From Planctomycetia bacterium (GTDB taxonomy: Bacteria > Planctomycetota > PLA2 > JAEUHO01), in the NCBI GenBank assembly GCA_031401505.1, contig JANNRO010000037.1, positions 1 to 38,824 of the forward strand: a stretch of 38,824 nucleotides of DNA. Direction: 5' to 3'. Positions 17,346 through 25,547 of the stretch are shown here, one piece after another. How positions within the stretch are numbered: the first letter of the stretch is position 1; each line of letters opens with the position of its first letter. The translations under genes and the position numbers were made by a program. Below the pieces are notes generated by a model. That model did not search any database. It saw only the letters and a program-made list of their open reading frames with translations, and was not told where the DNA came from.

Positions 17346-18695
17346 CTAGAGCGACGCCAGCAACCCGTCGAGGAGCGCCTCGAACCCGGGGTCGGTCTCG
17401 CGGCGCGCCTTGACCTCGGCGACGGCACGGCCGGCGGTGCTGTGGCTCTTCCAACCGAACGCCACGGCGAGCGACGCGAGCGGAGCCGCGGCGGCGCGGT
17501 GCGCGAGATAGAGAGCCACCCGCCTGGCTTCGACCGTCATCGGGTGCTTCGTCGAGCGATCGAGCGTCGTCATCGGCGCGCCGAAGTACCGCGCGACCAC
17601 TTCCTTCGCCCGACGCACGACCTCGTCGATCGGCGTCGAGGCCGACGGCGGCGGAGCCATCTGGCGGAGCCAGTCGACCGGGGCGGGCGCCGAACGATGA
17701 AGCGAAACCGCGACCCAGCGATCGACCAACGAGACCGCGCCGTGGATCGAAGGCTCGCGCGCGAGCACGGCCGTGATCACGGGGTCCGGCGGTCGCGCGC
17801 CGGCACCGGCCCCACGTTCGGCGAGGATCTTGTGCCGCGTGCCGTCGGAGGGAATCGAGAGCCGATGGACGACGCCCGACAGCAGCCGCGAACGAAGGCG
17901 GGGCGAGAGCCCGTCGAGTTCGCGGGGGTGCGAGCGGCCTGCAGCGACGAGTCTCCTCGGACCCGAGCGCGCCCGATCGATCCACAGTTCGAGCGCGCGC
18001 TGCGTCGAGGGCTTCGTCGCCAGTTCGTCGACGTCGTCGACGAGCAGCACCTCGCGGCCGTCGAGATCGACCTCGACGGCGCGAACGGCACCCAACTCCC
18101 CGGTGCGAAGCGCGGCGACGTGGCGCTCGGCCAACTTGCGAGCCGGCAGGTACAGCGCCGAGCCCGGCGTCCGCGCGTTGATCGCGGCGGCGAGCGCCTG
18201 AAGCAGGTGCGACTTGCCGCTGCCCGACTCGCCGCACAGCATGAGGGCCGGCGGGGAGACGACCGAGTTGCCGTGGAGGATCTGCTCGAGCAACTTCAGC
18301 ACGAACGCGTTGCCGCCCTCGGGGACGAAACCCTCGAGCGTCGGGGGGCGACGCGATTTGTTGACGGCCGAGCGCCAGGCGGCCTCGTCGGGAGGCAGGT
18401 GATCGCGTACGGCGCGCACGGCGTCCTGCGTGGCACTCACCTTCACGTCGATCTCGACGCCGTCACCGAGCACGCGGCCGAAGGCCTTCTTGAGCAGCGA
18501 ACCGTACGTGAACGAAATCCACGTCTTGTGGACGCCCGTCGGCACCGCGAGCACGACGTTGCGCCCCGAGACCGATTCGACGGCCGTGTCGCGAAACCAG
18601 AGCGCGAAGCGCGTGGCGCCGACGTGATCGAGGACTTCGGCCTTCAACGCCGCGTCGATCTCGCGCAGCGGGTCGCACGCGGAGGCGACGTTCAC
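17346..18695 (-). CDS. dnaA: chromosomal replication initiator DnaA (divergent)
   Basis: In frame in ORF 17346..19313. GTG 18695 overlaps the TGA of the upstream gene (GTGA). N-domain is RFALWFRD, Walker A is CGESGSGKSHLLQA, Walker B is LLVDDVDEL, box VII is LSPRLRSRLLSGVVHRLSIP. Domain IV is RRVALYLAHR...FGWKSHSTAGRAV, near the DnaA signature K/R-x-H-S/T-T. Confidence 0.85.
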   Translation of the reverse strand: MNVASACDPLREIDAALKAEVLDHVGATRFALWFRDTAVESVSGRNVVLAVPTGVHKTWISFTYGSLLKKAFGRVLGDGVEIDVKVSATQDAVRAVRDHLPPDEAAWRSAVNKSRRPPTLEGFVPEGGNAFVLKLLEQILHGNSVVSPPALMLCGESGSGKSHLLQALAAAINARTPGSALYLPARKLAERHVAALRTGELGAVRAVEVDLDGREVLLVDDVDELATKPSTQRALELWIDRARSGPRRLVAAGRSHPRELDGLSPRLRSRLLSGVVHRLSIPSDGTRHKILAERGAGAGARPPDPVITAVLAREPSIHGAVSLVDRWVAVSLHRSAPAPVDWLRQMAPPPSASTPIDEVVRRAKEVVARYFGAPMTTLDRSTKHPMTVEARRVALYLAHRAAAAPLASLAVAFGWKSHSTAGRAVAEVKARRETDPGFEALLDGLLASL

Positions 18696-21600
18696 TTGTC
18701 GGCCCCCGCCGCGCCCGCGCGCGCTCGCAGCGTCTTTGCGCCGATCGACTCGGGATCGACCGCGAGTGCGCCCAACGCCTGCTCGTACGCCTCGTCGGCC
18801 TGCCCCAACTCGAGCAGGAGTTCTCCGAGCGTGAGGCGAACCTTGACGGCGCCCGCCTCGGCGCGCTTTTCTTCGGGCAGCATGCCGATCAACAGCACCT
18901 GCACCTTCCACTCCCGCACCGCCTCGAGCTTGCGGTCGACCCGGGTCAGCGCCTCGGCGTAGCGTCGGTGGAGATCGAGATCGGGCGGCTTGCCGCGATT
19001 GGCGCCGAACGGGGTGATCTCGATCATTTCGTTCGAGTAGTGGATCACCTTCGCGTCGTCGTGCTTGGACTCGTACCAGGACGCGAGCTTCTTGCGCACG
19101 GCGTAGTCTTCCTGAGCGATCGCCGCATACGCCTCGAGTTCGGCGATCGCGGCGTCGGCCTTCGCCTCGCCCTCGTAGAGCTTCGACAGCTCGAGGTAGG
19201 GATTGCCCTTGCCCACGAAGCGCGGGAAACACTGCTTGGCGGCCTCGAAGTGCCTCACGGCGTCGGCCGACTTGCGGTCCTCGAGGGCGTACCTCGCGAG
19301 CGCCAGCCGACACGCCATGTCGTCTCCGCCGGCGGCCAGGAAGCGCTCGTAGGCGGCCTGTGCGAGATCATGCCGGTTCGACGAACGGGCGAGCTCCGCC
19401 TCGAGCAGGATCGTTTCCCGCGCGTCCGGTGAGAGCGCCTTCGTCTTCGCCAGCGCCTCGCCGGCGTCGATCCCCTGCCCGCGTTGGAGGCGCGCGAAGC
19501 CGAGCCGCGTCCAGGCTTCGGCATCCTTCGGATCCTTCTCGACGCGCGTCTCGAACGACTTCTTGCTCTCGGCGTCCCAGCGCGGCGACAGTTTGTAGTT
19601 CTTGACGAGCCCTTCGGCGTACGTCGCGAACTTCCCGTCGAATTCGGCCAGCGGAATCCCGAGCACCTCCTCGAAGACCTTCGCCGTCGGGACGTCGTCG
19701 GCGAATCGCTTCAGCATCTTCGTGATCGCTTCGAAGCCCGTCGTCTCCTTCACGTAGTCGGCGATCAGCCCGCCCTGGAAGTACGCGAACATGATGTCGG
19801 GCCCGCGAAAGGCCTGATTGATGTTCTCCATCTTGAGCAGCCGACCGCTGCGGACGCGGTCGAAGAGCTCGCGGTCCATCTCGCGACCCCACTCGGGCTT
19901 GTGCGACTTCTCTTCATGGACCGAAAGCCCCTCGGTCAACCAGCGGGGCACCTGTCCCTTCGAGAGATCGAGCGTGACGACGTGCGCGTACTCGTGCCAC
20001 GCCGTCCTCGCCCACGAGAATTCGCCGACGCCTCGGGACAGAGGACCATCGAGCGTGATGACCTTGCCGAAGCAGACTCCGAGGGCCGGAATGTTCGCGG
20101 CACCGACGCTGCGGACGGAGAAGTCGTCGTGGCGGTGGAACGACTCGACGATCGTCGGACCCTCGGGCTCGCAGCCGTACTTCTTCGCGAGGTCGGCGCG
20201 GGCCTGTTCGAGGATCGGGATGAGATAGGGCTCCATCACCGCCGACTCCTCGACGTGCTGCTTCACGATGAAGTTCTTCGACTTCGTCGTGACGAACGTG
20301 TCGAGGATGCCGAGCACCTCCTTGAAGTTGTCCCGCACGACGTCGGCGTATCGCTTGGACACCTCGGTCGCCTTGGCGAACACTTCCTTCGCCTCGTCCT
20401 CGCGCCCGAGGTTCATCAGGTTGACGCCCTGCGTCACGTACGCCTGATCGTCGGTCGGGTCGATCGCGATGGCCTTCTTCGAGAGTTCGGCCGCGACGTC
20501 GAAGCGACGCTGACGCTCCCCCACGAGTTCGGAGGTGACGGTGTAGAGCGTGCCGTACGTCGGATCCTCACCGAGGAGTTCCTTCTCGATCGCTTCGAAG
20601 CCGGCCTTGTCGCCCGCGATCCAGAGCCGTGCCGCCCGCGTCGCGCGCACCTCTTTGTCCCGAGGATTGACCTTCCTGGCGCGCTCGAGCAACTCGTCGG
20701 CCTTGTCGTAGTCGCCGTCGCCGATGCGGATCTGGGCGAGGAGCGTCATCGCCGGGACGAAACTCGAGTTCGTCGCGAGCGCCCGCTCGAGACTCTCGAC
20801 GGCCTTCGCCTGATCCCAGAAAATGAGGTACCCGCGTGCGAGCCCGAGTCTCGCCTCCGCCACCTCGGAATTCTGGTTCAAGATCTGGACGTAGTACTTC
20901 CGTGCGGTCGCCTGGGTCGTCGCCCCGCGCTTGGTTTGATATACGTCGGCATACGCGAGGATCGCGTCGACGTCGTCGGGTGCCTGCTCGATTCGGCGCT
21001 TCAAGAGCTTGAGCGCCCCCTGCGTCAGATCGTCGGCCTCGTTGGTCGAGAGTCGGGTGGCCCGAAGCGCCGCGATCGCGACGGACGAAAGTTCCTCGGG
21101 TCGAGGGTCCTTGGCGTTGTACGCCTCGATCACCGCGTCATACGCGGCGATGGCCTCCTTGCGACGCCCCCGCGCCTCGTGCAACTGCCCGCGCATCGTC
21201 AACGCGACGAGGTCGTCGGGACGAGCCGCGAGCGCCTCCTCGACGGCCTTCGCCGCATCGTCGTCGCGACCGAGTCGGCGGAAGAGCTCGAACCGGAGCG
21301 CCTCGACCCCGCGGTCGGTCGGGTGTGCCGTCGCCGCGGCGGTCGCGAGCACGAGCGCGTCCGCGTACTTGCCCGTGCGGGTCAGCACGCGCGCCTTGAC
21401 GTACGCGGGCAACGGGTTCGCGGGATCGAGCTTCGCAAGCCGATCCATCCGCGTCAGCGCCTCGTCGTGATTGCCCCGTTGGAACGCGGTCACGCCCTTC
21501 GAGGCTTGCCGCTCGATCTGCTCGGCGCGGATCTCGTCGTTGGTCGGCCCGGACTCGGCGACCGGGGGCGTCTTCGGGGGCGTCTCTGGGGGCGTTGCAG

Positions 21601-21805
21601 GGGGGATCGCCGGGGGACCGTCTGCTCGGGCGGCCACGACGTACCCGCAGACACCTACGCAGAGCCAGAGTCCGAGCGCGGTGCAGGCGAACGCGACGGC
21701 CCGACGGGAGAACATGTTCCCGCCGCTGCGTCCCGCCGAGGGATCTCCGGTCGGTAGAGAACGGGCAGTCGGCGAAGAACGGGGGCCGGGTCTCGGGTCG
21801 CTCAT
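18692..21805 (-). CDS. TPR-repeat protein with peptidase MA-like (HExxH) domain, secreted or membrane-anchored
   Basis: ORF 18692..21823. Candidate starts are GTG 21823, ATG 21805 and ATG 21715; the last gives MFSRRAVAFACTALGLWLCVGV, a signal/anchor. It has many TPR-like helices and a metallopeptidase core, TAWHEYAHVVTL...WLTEGLSVHEE. Confidence 0.8.
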   Translation of the reverse strand: MSDPRPGPRSSPTARSLPTGDPSAGRSGGNMFSRRAVAFACTALGLWLCVGVCGYVVAARADGPPAIPPATPPETPPKTPPVAESGPTNDEIRAEQIERQASKGVTAFQRGNHDEALTRMDRLAKLDPANPLPAYVKARVLTRTGKYADALVLATAAATAHPTDRGVEALRFELFRRLGRDDDAAKAVEEALAARPDDLVALTMRGQLHEARGRRKEAIAAYDAVIEAYNAKDPRPEELSSVAIAALRATRLSTNEADDLTQGALKLLKRRIEQAPDDVDAILAYADVYQTKRGATTQATARKYYVQILNQNSEVAEARLGLARGYLIFWDQAKAVESLERALATNSSFVPAMTLLAQIRIGDGDYDKADELLERARKVNPRDKEVRATRAARLWIAGDKAGFEAIEKELLGEDPTYGTLYTVTSELVGERQRRFDVAAELSKKAIAIDPTDDQAYVTQGVNLMNLGREDEAKEVFAKATEVSKRYADVVRDNFKEVLGILDTFVTTKSKNFIVKQHVEESAVMEPYLIPILEQARADLAKKYGCEPEGPTIVESFHRHDDFSVRSVGAANIPALGVCFGKVITLDGPLSRGVGEFSWARTAWHEYAHVVTLDLSKGQVPRWLTEGLSVHEEKSHKPEWGREMDRELFDRVRSGRLLKMENINQAFRGPDIMFAYFQGGLIADYVKETTGFEAITKMLKRFADDVPTAKVFEEVLGIPLAEFDGKFATYAEGLVKNYKLSPRWDAESKKSFETRVEKDPKDAEAWTRLGFARLQRGQGIDAGEALAKTKALSPDARETILLEAELARSSNRHDLAQAAYERFLAAGGDDMACRLALARYALEDRKSADAVRHFEAAKQCFPRFVGKGNPYLELSKLYEGEAKADAAIAELEAYAAIAQEDYAVRKKLASWYESKHDDAKVIHYSNEMIEITPFGANRGKPPDLDLHRRYAEALTRVDRKLEAVREWKVQVLLIGMLPEEKRAEAGAVKVRLTLGELLLELGQADEAYEQALGALAVDPESIGAKTLRARAGAAGADK

Positions 21806-21981
21806 CGGGCCCGATTCTAGCACCGCTCGCGCGTTCGTCCGGGCCTGACGACCGCGCGTTCAGCCCTCGAAAACCGTGCGGCGAAGCGTCGCCGGTGGCA
21901 TCGTGCGCGCCCGGCCGCCGCCGGAGTTCCCTCCCCCGCCGCCCCCACCCTTCCGCCCGAGTTCTTCGTAGAGGACGCCTC

Positions 21982-23181
21982 ATGACCGACGTCGTCGATC
22001 GCCGTTTCCGTCCCTCCAAGCGCCTCGCCGCGATCGGAGGCTATGCATTCGACGAGGTGAATCGACGCGTCGATGCTCTCCGGGCACAGGGCATATCCCC
22101 CATCGACTTCGGCGTGGGCGACCCGACCGTCCCGACTCCCGCGATCGCGCGCGAGGCGGTGAAGTTGGCCGTCGATCGACGCGCGACGAGCGGATACCCG
22201 GCGTACGAAGGCGATCCGGCGTTTCGCGAGGCGATCGCCCAGTGGTCCAAGCGCCGCTTCGGCGTGACGCTCGACCCGAAGACCGAGATCTGCGTCACGA
22301 TCGGCTCGAAGGAAGCCGTGTTCAACGTGCACGAGGGATTGGTCGACCCGGGCGAGATCGTGCTCTGCCCGTCGCCCGGCTATCCGCCCTACAAGCGCGG
22401 GACTGCCTTCGCCGAAGGCACGCCGTGGTTCTATCCGCTCGTGCGCGAGCGCGGGTTCCTGCCCGACCTCGACGCGATTCCGGCGTCGATCGCGTCGAAG
22501 GCGCGCGCGATCTGGGTCTGCTATCCCAACTCGCCTTCGGGCGCCGTCGCCGACGAAGCGTTCTATCGCAGATTGCTCGCGTGGGCCGACAAGTACGGCA
22601 TCGCGGTGCTGTCCGACGAGGCGTACTCCGAGATCTGGTTCGGGAAGACCGCCCCACCGTCGATCTTGAACGTGCGCAAGGAGGGCGTGCTCGCGGTTTT
22701 CTCGATGTCGAAGCGCAGCGCGATGACCGGTTGGCGCCTGGGCTGGGTCGCGGGTGACGCGCGCCTCGTGTCGCTGTTTCGCAAGGTCAAGACCAACATC
22801 GACTCGGGTGCGTGCACGTTTCTCCAGGACGGCGCGGTCGCGGCGTTGTCCGACGAGACCCACGTGAAGCAGTTCGCGCTCGAGTACCGCGAGAAGCGCG
22901 ACATCCTGTGCAAGGCGCTCGTGGCGGCGGGGTTGGCCGATTGCACGCCCGAGGCGACGCTCTACGTGTGGCAGAAGGTGCCGAACGGCATGACCGGAAT
23001 CGAGTTCGCGCAGAAACTCCTCGATCCGAAGGTCGCGGTCGTCTGCACGCCCGGAGAGTGGCTGTCGGACGCGGTCGCCGACGGAACCAATCCGGGCGCG
23101 AGCCACGTGCGCTTCGCGCTGGTGCCGAGCCTCGCCGATACCCGGAAGGCCGCGGAGCGCATCTCCGCGATGCGGTTCTGA
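21982..23181 (+). CDS. dapL: class I aminotransferase, LL-diaminopimelate aminotransferase-like (DapL / DapC_direct type)
   Basis: ATG 21982 is in frame in ORF 21595..23181. RLAAIGGYAFDEVNRRV...IDFGVGDPTVPTP...IGSKEAVFNV...CYPNSPSGAV...SMSKRSAMTGWRLGWVAG...KTNIDSGACTFLQ resembles the direct LL-DAP aminotransferase family. Specificity is inferred only. Confidence 0.7.
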   Translation: MTDVVDRRFRPSKRLAAIGGYAFDEVNRRVDALRAQGISPIDFGVGDPTVPTPAIAREAVKLAVDRRATSGYPAYEGDPAFREAIAQWSKRRFGVTLDPKTEICVTIGSKEAVFNVHEGLVDPGEIVLCPSPGYPPYKRGTAFAEGTPWFYPLVRERGFLPDLDAIPASIASKARAIWVCYPNSPSGAVADEAFYRRLLAWADKYGIAVLSDEAYSEIWFGKTAPPSILNVRKEGVLAVFSMSKRSAMTGWRLGWVAGDARLVSLFRKVKTNIDSGACTFLQDGAVAALSDETHVKQFALEYREKRDILCKALVAAGLADCTPEATLYVWQKVPNGMTGIEFAQKLLDPKVAVVCTPGEWLSDAVADGTNPGASHVRFALVPSLADTRKAAERISAMRF

Positions 23182-23188
23182 ACGTCGA

Positions 23189-24310
23189 TCAGGGCGCTTT
23201 GGTCGCCGACTCGACCTCGAGGACGATGAAGCCGAGCAGGCGCCCCCCCAGCGTCTTCCCCGTCACCCGACAGGTGGCGCCATCGAGCGGCTTCAAGTCC
23301 CCCGTGTTCCAGCGGAGCGCGTAGGGCTCGTCCTTCCCGGCCCGCGTCAGGACAAAGACACCGCCGCCATCCCAGCCACCGACGACCTCCCATCGCACGA
23401 CGCCGCTCGCATCGACCCGGTCCATCCGAAGCGCCGGGGGTTGAGCGAACGGGGGAGGTTCTCTACCGACGCGCTTGGCGGCCAGGATCTGGTCGGCGTA
23501 CGCGGTGCGGATCGACATCTCGCGATCGAGATCGTCGGCGAGGATCTTGACGAGCACCATCGTGCGAACCGACGCCGACGGATGGGCCTCGCCCGACGCC
23601 GCCAGCCGATCGGCCAGCGAGGCGACCGGGGTGTTGTCGTAGCCGCCCGCGGCCCTCAGTTTCAGGAGCGCGGTCCCGACAGCGCCCACCTCGTCGCGCA
23701 GGACCGCGTCGTCACGGGTCGTCGCGGCCTTGACCGCCGTCTCGGTGCGGATCGTCTCGCGCACCGCGCGTGCCTTGCGGGCGGACTCGACGCGCTCGAC
23801 GTGGGCCGAGATCGCGCCGAGTTCCTTCACGTACTTCGAATTGACGTAGGCGCGTACGCCCTCAGGCGCCTCGACCCAGATCCAGTCCCCCTCGCGAACG
23901 ATGACCGGAAGCAGCTGACCACGCGGCATGCGGTCACGGAAGGCGGCGTACGCCGTGTCGCCCTGCGGCGGACGGACGCGCAGATTGACGTCGGTCCCCG
24001 TAACCCGGACGTGCTCGGAGTCGACGGGTTCGGTCAGCGCGGCCGAGATGGCGGCCTGGAAGCCGGCCGGAACCTGGACCCCGAGCCATTCCCCCGCCCG
24101 CTCGACGATCACGACGATCGCGCCCTGCTCCAATTGGAGAATCGGGCAATCGTCGGTGCGGGGCCCCACCCGCAGATTCACCTGATCCGTGGTCAGGATG
24201 GCGACGACGGGCTCGACGGGTCCGGCCGCCGCGGGCGCGTCGGCGTGCGCGCGAGAGAGCCCCGCGAGCGTCGCGAATGCGATCCACACGGCGATGGCGG
24301 GTACACGCAT
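23189..24310 (-). CDS. secreted protein with two SH3b-like segments
   Basis: ATG 24310 is preceded by GGAGG. Signal peptide is MRVPAIAVWIAFATLAGLSRAHA. SH3b-like stretches are VNLRVGPRTDDCPILQLEQGAIVVIVERAGEWLGVQVP and VNLRVRPP...GQLLPVIVREGDWIWVEAPEGVRAYVNSKYV. Confidence 0.7.
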   Translation of the reverse strand: MRVPAIAVWIAFATLAGLSRAHADAPAAAGPVEPVVAILTTDQVNLRVGPRTDDCPILQLEQGAIVVIVERAGEWLGVQVPAGFQAAISAALTEPVDSEHVRVTGTDVNLRVRPPQGDTAYAAFRDRMPRGQLLPVIVREGDWIWVEAPEGVRAYVNSKYVKELGAISAHVERVESARKARAVRETIRTETAVKAATTRDDAVLRDEVGAVGTALLKLRAAGGYDNTPVASLADRLAASGEAHPSASVRTMVLVKILADDLDREMSIRTAYADQILAAKRVGREPPPFAQPPALRMDRVDASGVVRWEVVGGWDGGGVFVLTRAGKDEPYALRWNTGDLKPLDGATCRVTGKTLGGRLLGFIVLEVESATKAP

Positions 24311-24441
24311 GAGACCTCCGAACCCTCGATTGACGTGACGCATCCCTGCGAGTGAACTCCGAGGCACGAAGCGTAGCGAGGCGCCGCGGGTCCGTCGCCC
24401 GCGGCGCACGAGACGTTTCGATCTCGACGAGGGTATCCGCC

Positions 24442-25530
24442 GTGGCCGACGCCGACGTTCCGTTCCCGTACATGCGCTACGCGAAGACGAAGCTCACGTC
24501 GTTCGGAGGGCTGAATCTGGGCATGAGCGGCATCGCGGGGCCGACGGTCGAAGACCTCCCGATCCCGAAAGACACGCCATTCTGGGCCCCGGAAGGCGAA
24601 TTCGGCGACCCGAGTCTTCGGGCCGCAGTCGCGGCCCACGCGAGCGTCGCGCCGGAACGGGTGTTCGTGAGCGCCGGATCGTCGCTCGCGAACTTCCTCG
24701 TCTACCTGACCGAGGCCCGCGGCGCTCACGTCGCCGTCGAGGCGCCGGGCTACGAGGCGCTGACGGCGCTCCCGAAGGCGGTGTCGGCCGACGTCTCGAC
24801 GTTCATGCGGGACGAATCTCGAGAGTGGCGAATCGACCCGACGTCGCTTCGGGCCTCCCTTCGCCCGGACACACGCCTGATCGTCGTCACCGATCTCCAC
24901 AACCCGACCGGAGCGCGGCTGCATGCCGACGATCTGGCGCTCTTGATTCGGGAGGCGGAACGGATCGACGCCGCGGTGCTCGTCGACGAGGTGTATCTGG
25001 AGTTGGATCTCGAACCCCGCCTCACGGCGGCGCGCTCGAATCCGCGGGTGATCGTGACGTCGAGTCTCACGAAGGCGCACGGGCTGGGCGGACTCCGGAT
25101 CGGGTGGATTCTTGCCGATCCCGCGCGGATCGAGCGGTTCAGCGCATGGAACGACTTGGTGTGCCCGGCGCATCCCGTGCCGTCGATCGCGATCGCGAAG
25201 GCGTACCTTCCGCGAGCGGTCGAGTTCCTCGCGCGCACGAAGGCGATGATTCGCGAACGCGTGGAGCAGGTCGATCGCTGGGTGAAGTCGAGGCCTGATA
25301 TCTCGTGGGTCCGGCCGGTCGGGGGAATCTCCGGTTTCGTTCGCCTACCGACGGGCGTCGGTTCGGGCGCGTTCTCCGACCATGCGTGGGCGAAACACGG
25401 GGTGCGGGTGATTCCCGGCGCGTTCTTCGCCGCCGACGACCACATCCGCATCTCGTACGGCCTGCCCACCCTCGACCTCGAGAAGGCGCTGAACGCCCTC
25501 GGTCGTGCGCTCGACGACCTCCCCCGCTGA
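24442..25530 (+). CDS. class I/II PLP-dependent aminotransferase, specificity unassigned (start uncertain: GTG 24442, ATG 24472 or track start 24352)
   Basis: It has NLGMSG...GDPSLR...VTDLHNPTGARL...LVDEVYLEL...SSLTKAHGLGGLRIGW (PLP-lysine motif) and RISYG. Confidence 0.7.
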   Translation: MADADVPFPYMRYAKTKLTSFGGLNLGMSGIAGPTVEDLPIPKDTPFWAPEGEFGDPSLRAAVAAHASVAPERVFVSAGSSLANFLVYLTEARGAHVAVEAPGYEALTALPKAVSADVSTFMRDESREWRIDPTSLRASLRPDTRLIVVTDLHNPTGARLHADDLALLIREAERIDAAVLVDEVYLELDLEPRLTAARSNPRVIVTSSLTKAHGLGGLRIGWILADPARIERFSAWNDLVCPAHPVPSIAIAKAYLPRAVEFLARTKAMIRERVEQVDRWVKSRPDISWVRPVGGISGFVRLPTGVGSGAFSDHAWAKHGVRVIPGAFFAADDHIRISYGLPTLDLEKALNALGRALDDLPR

Positions 25531-25547
25531 CCGTCCTCCCCACGGCG

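Noticed and set aside
16389-18962. 857-aa + strand ORF spanning tmk, the repeat region and dnaA; also 16070..17236 + and 16987..18237 -
   Set aside because: These are shadow frames of tmk and dnaA. They cross an intergenic repeat and have no family resemblance.
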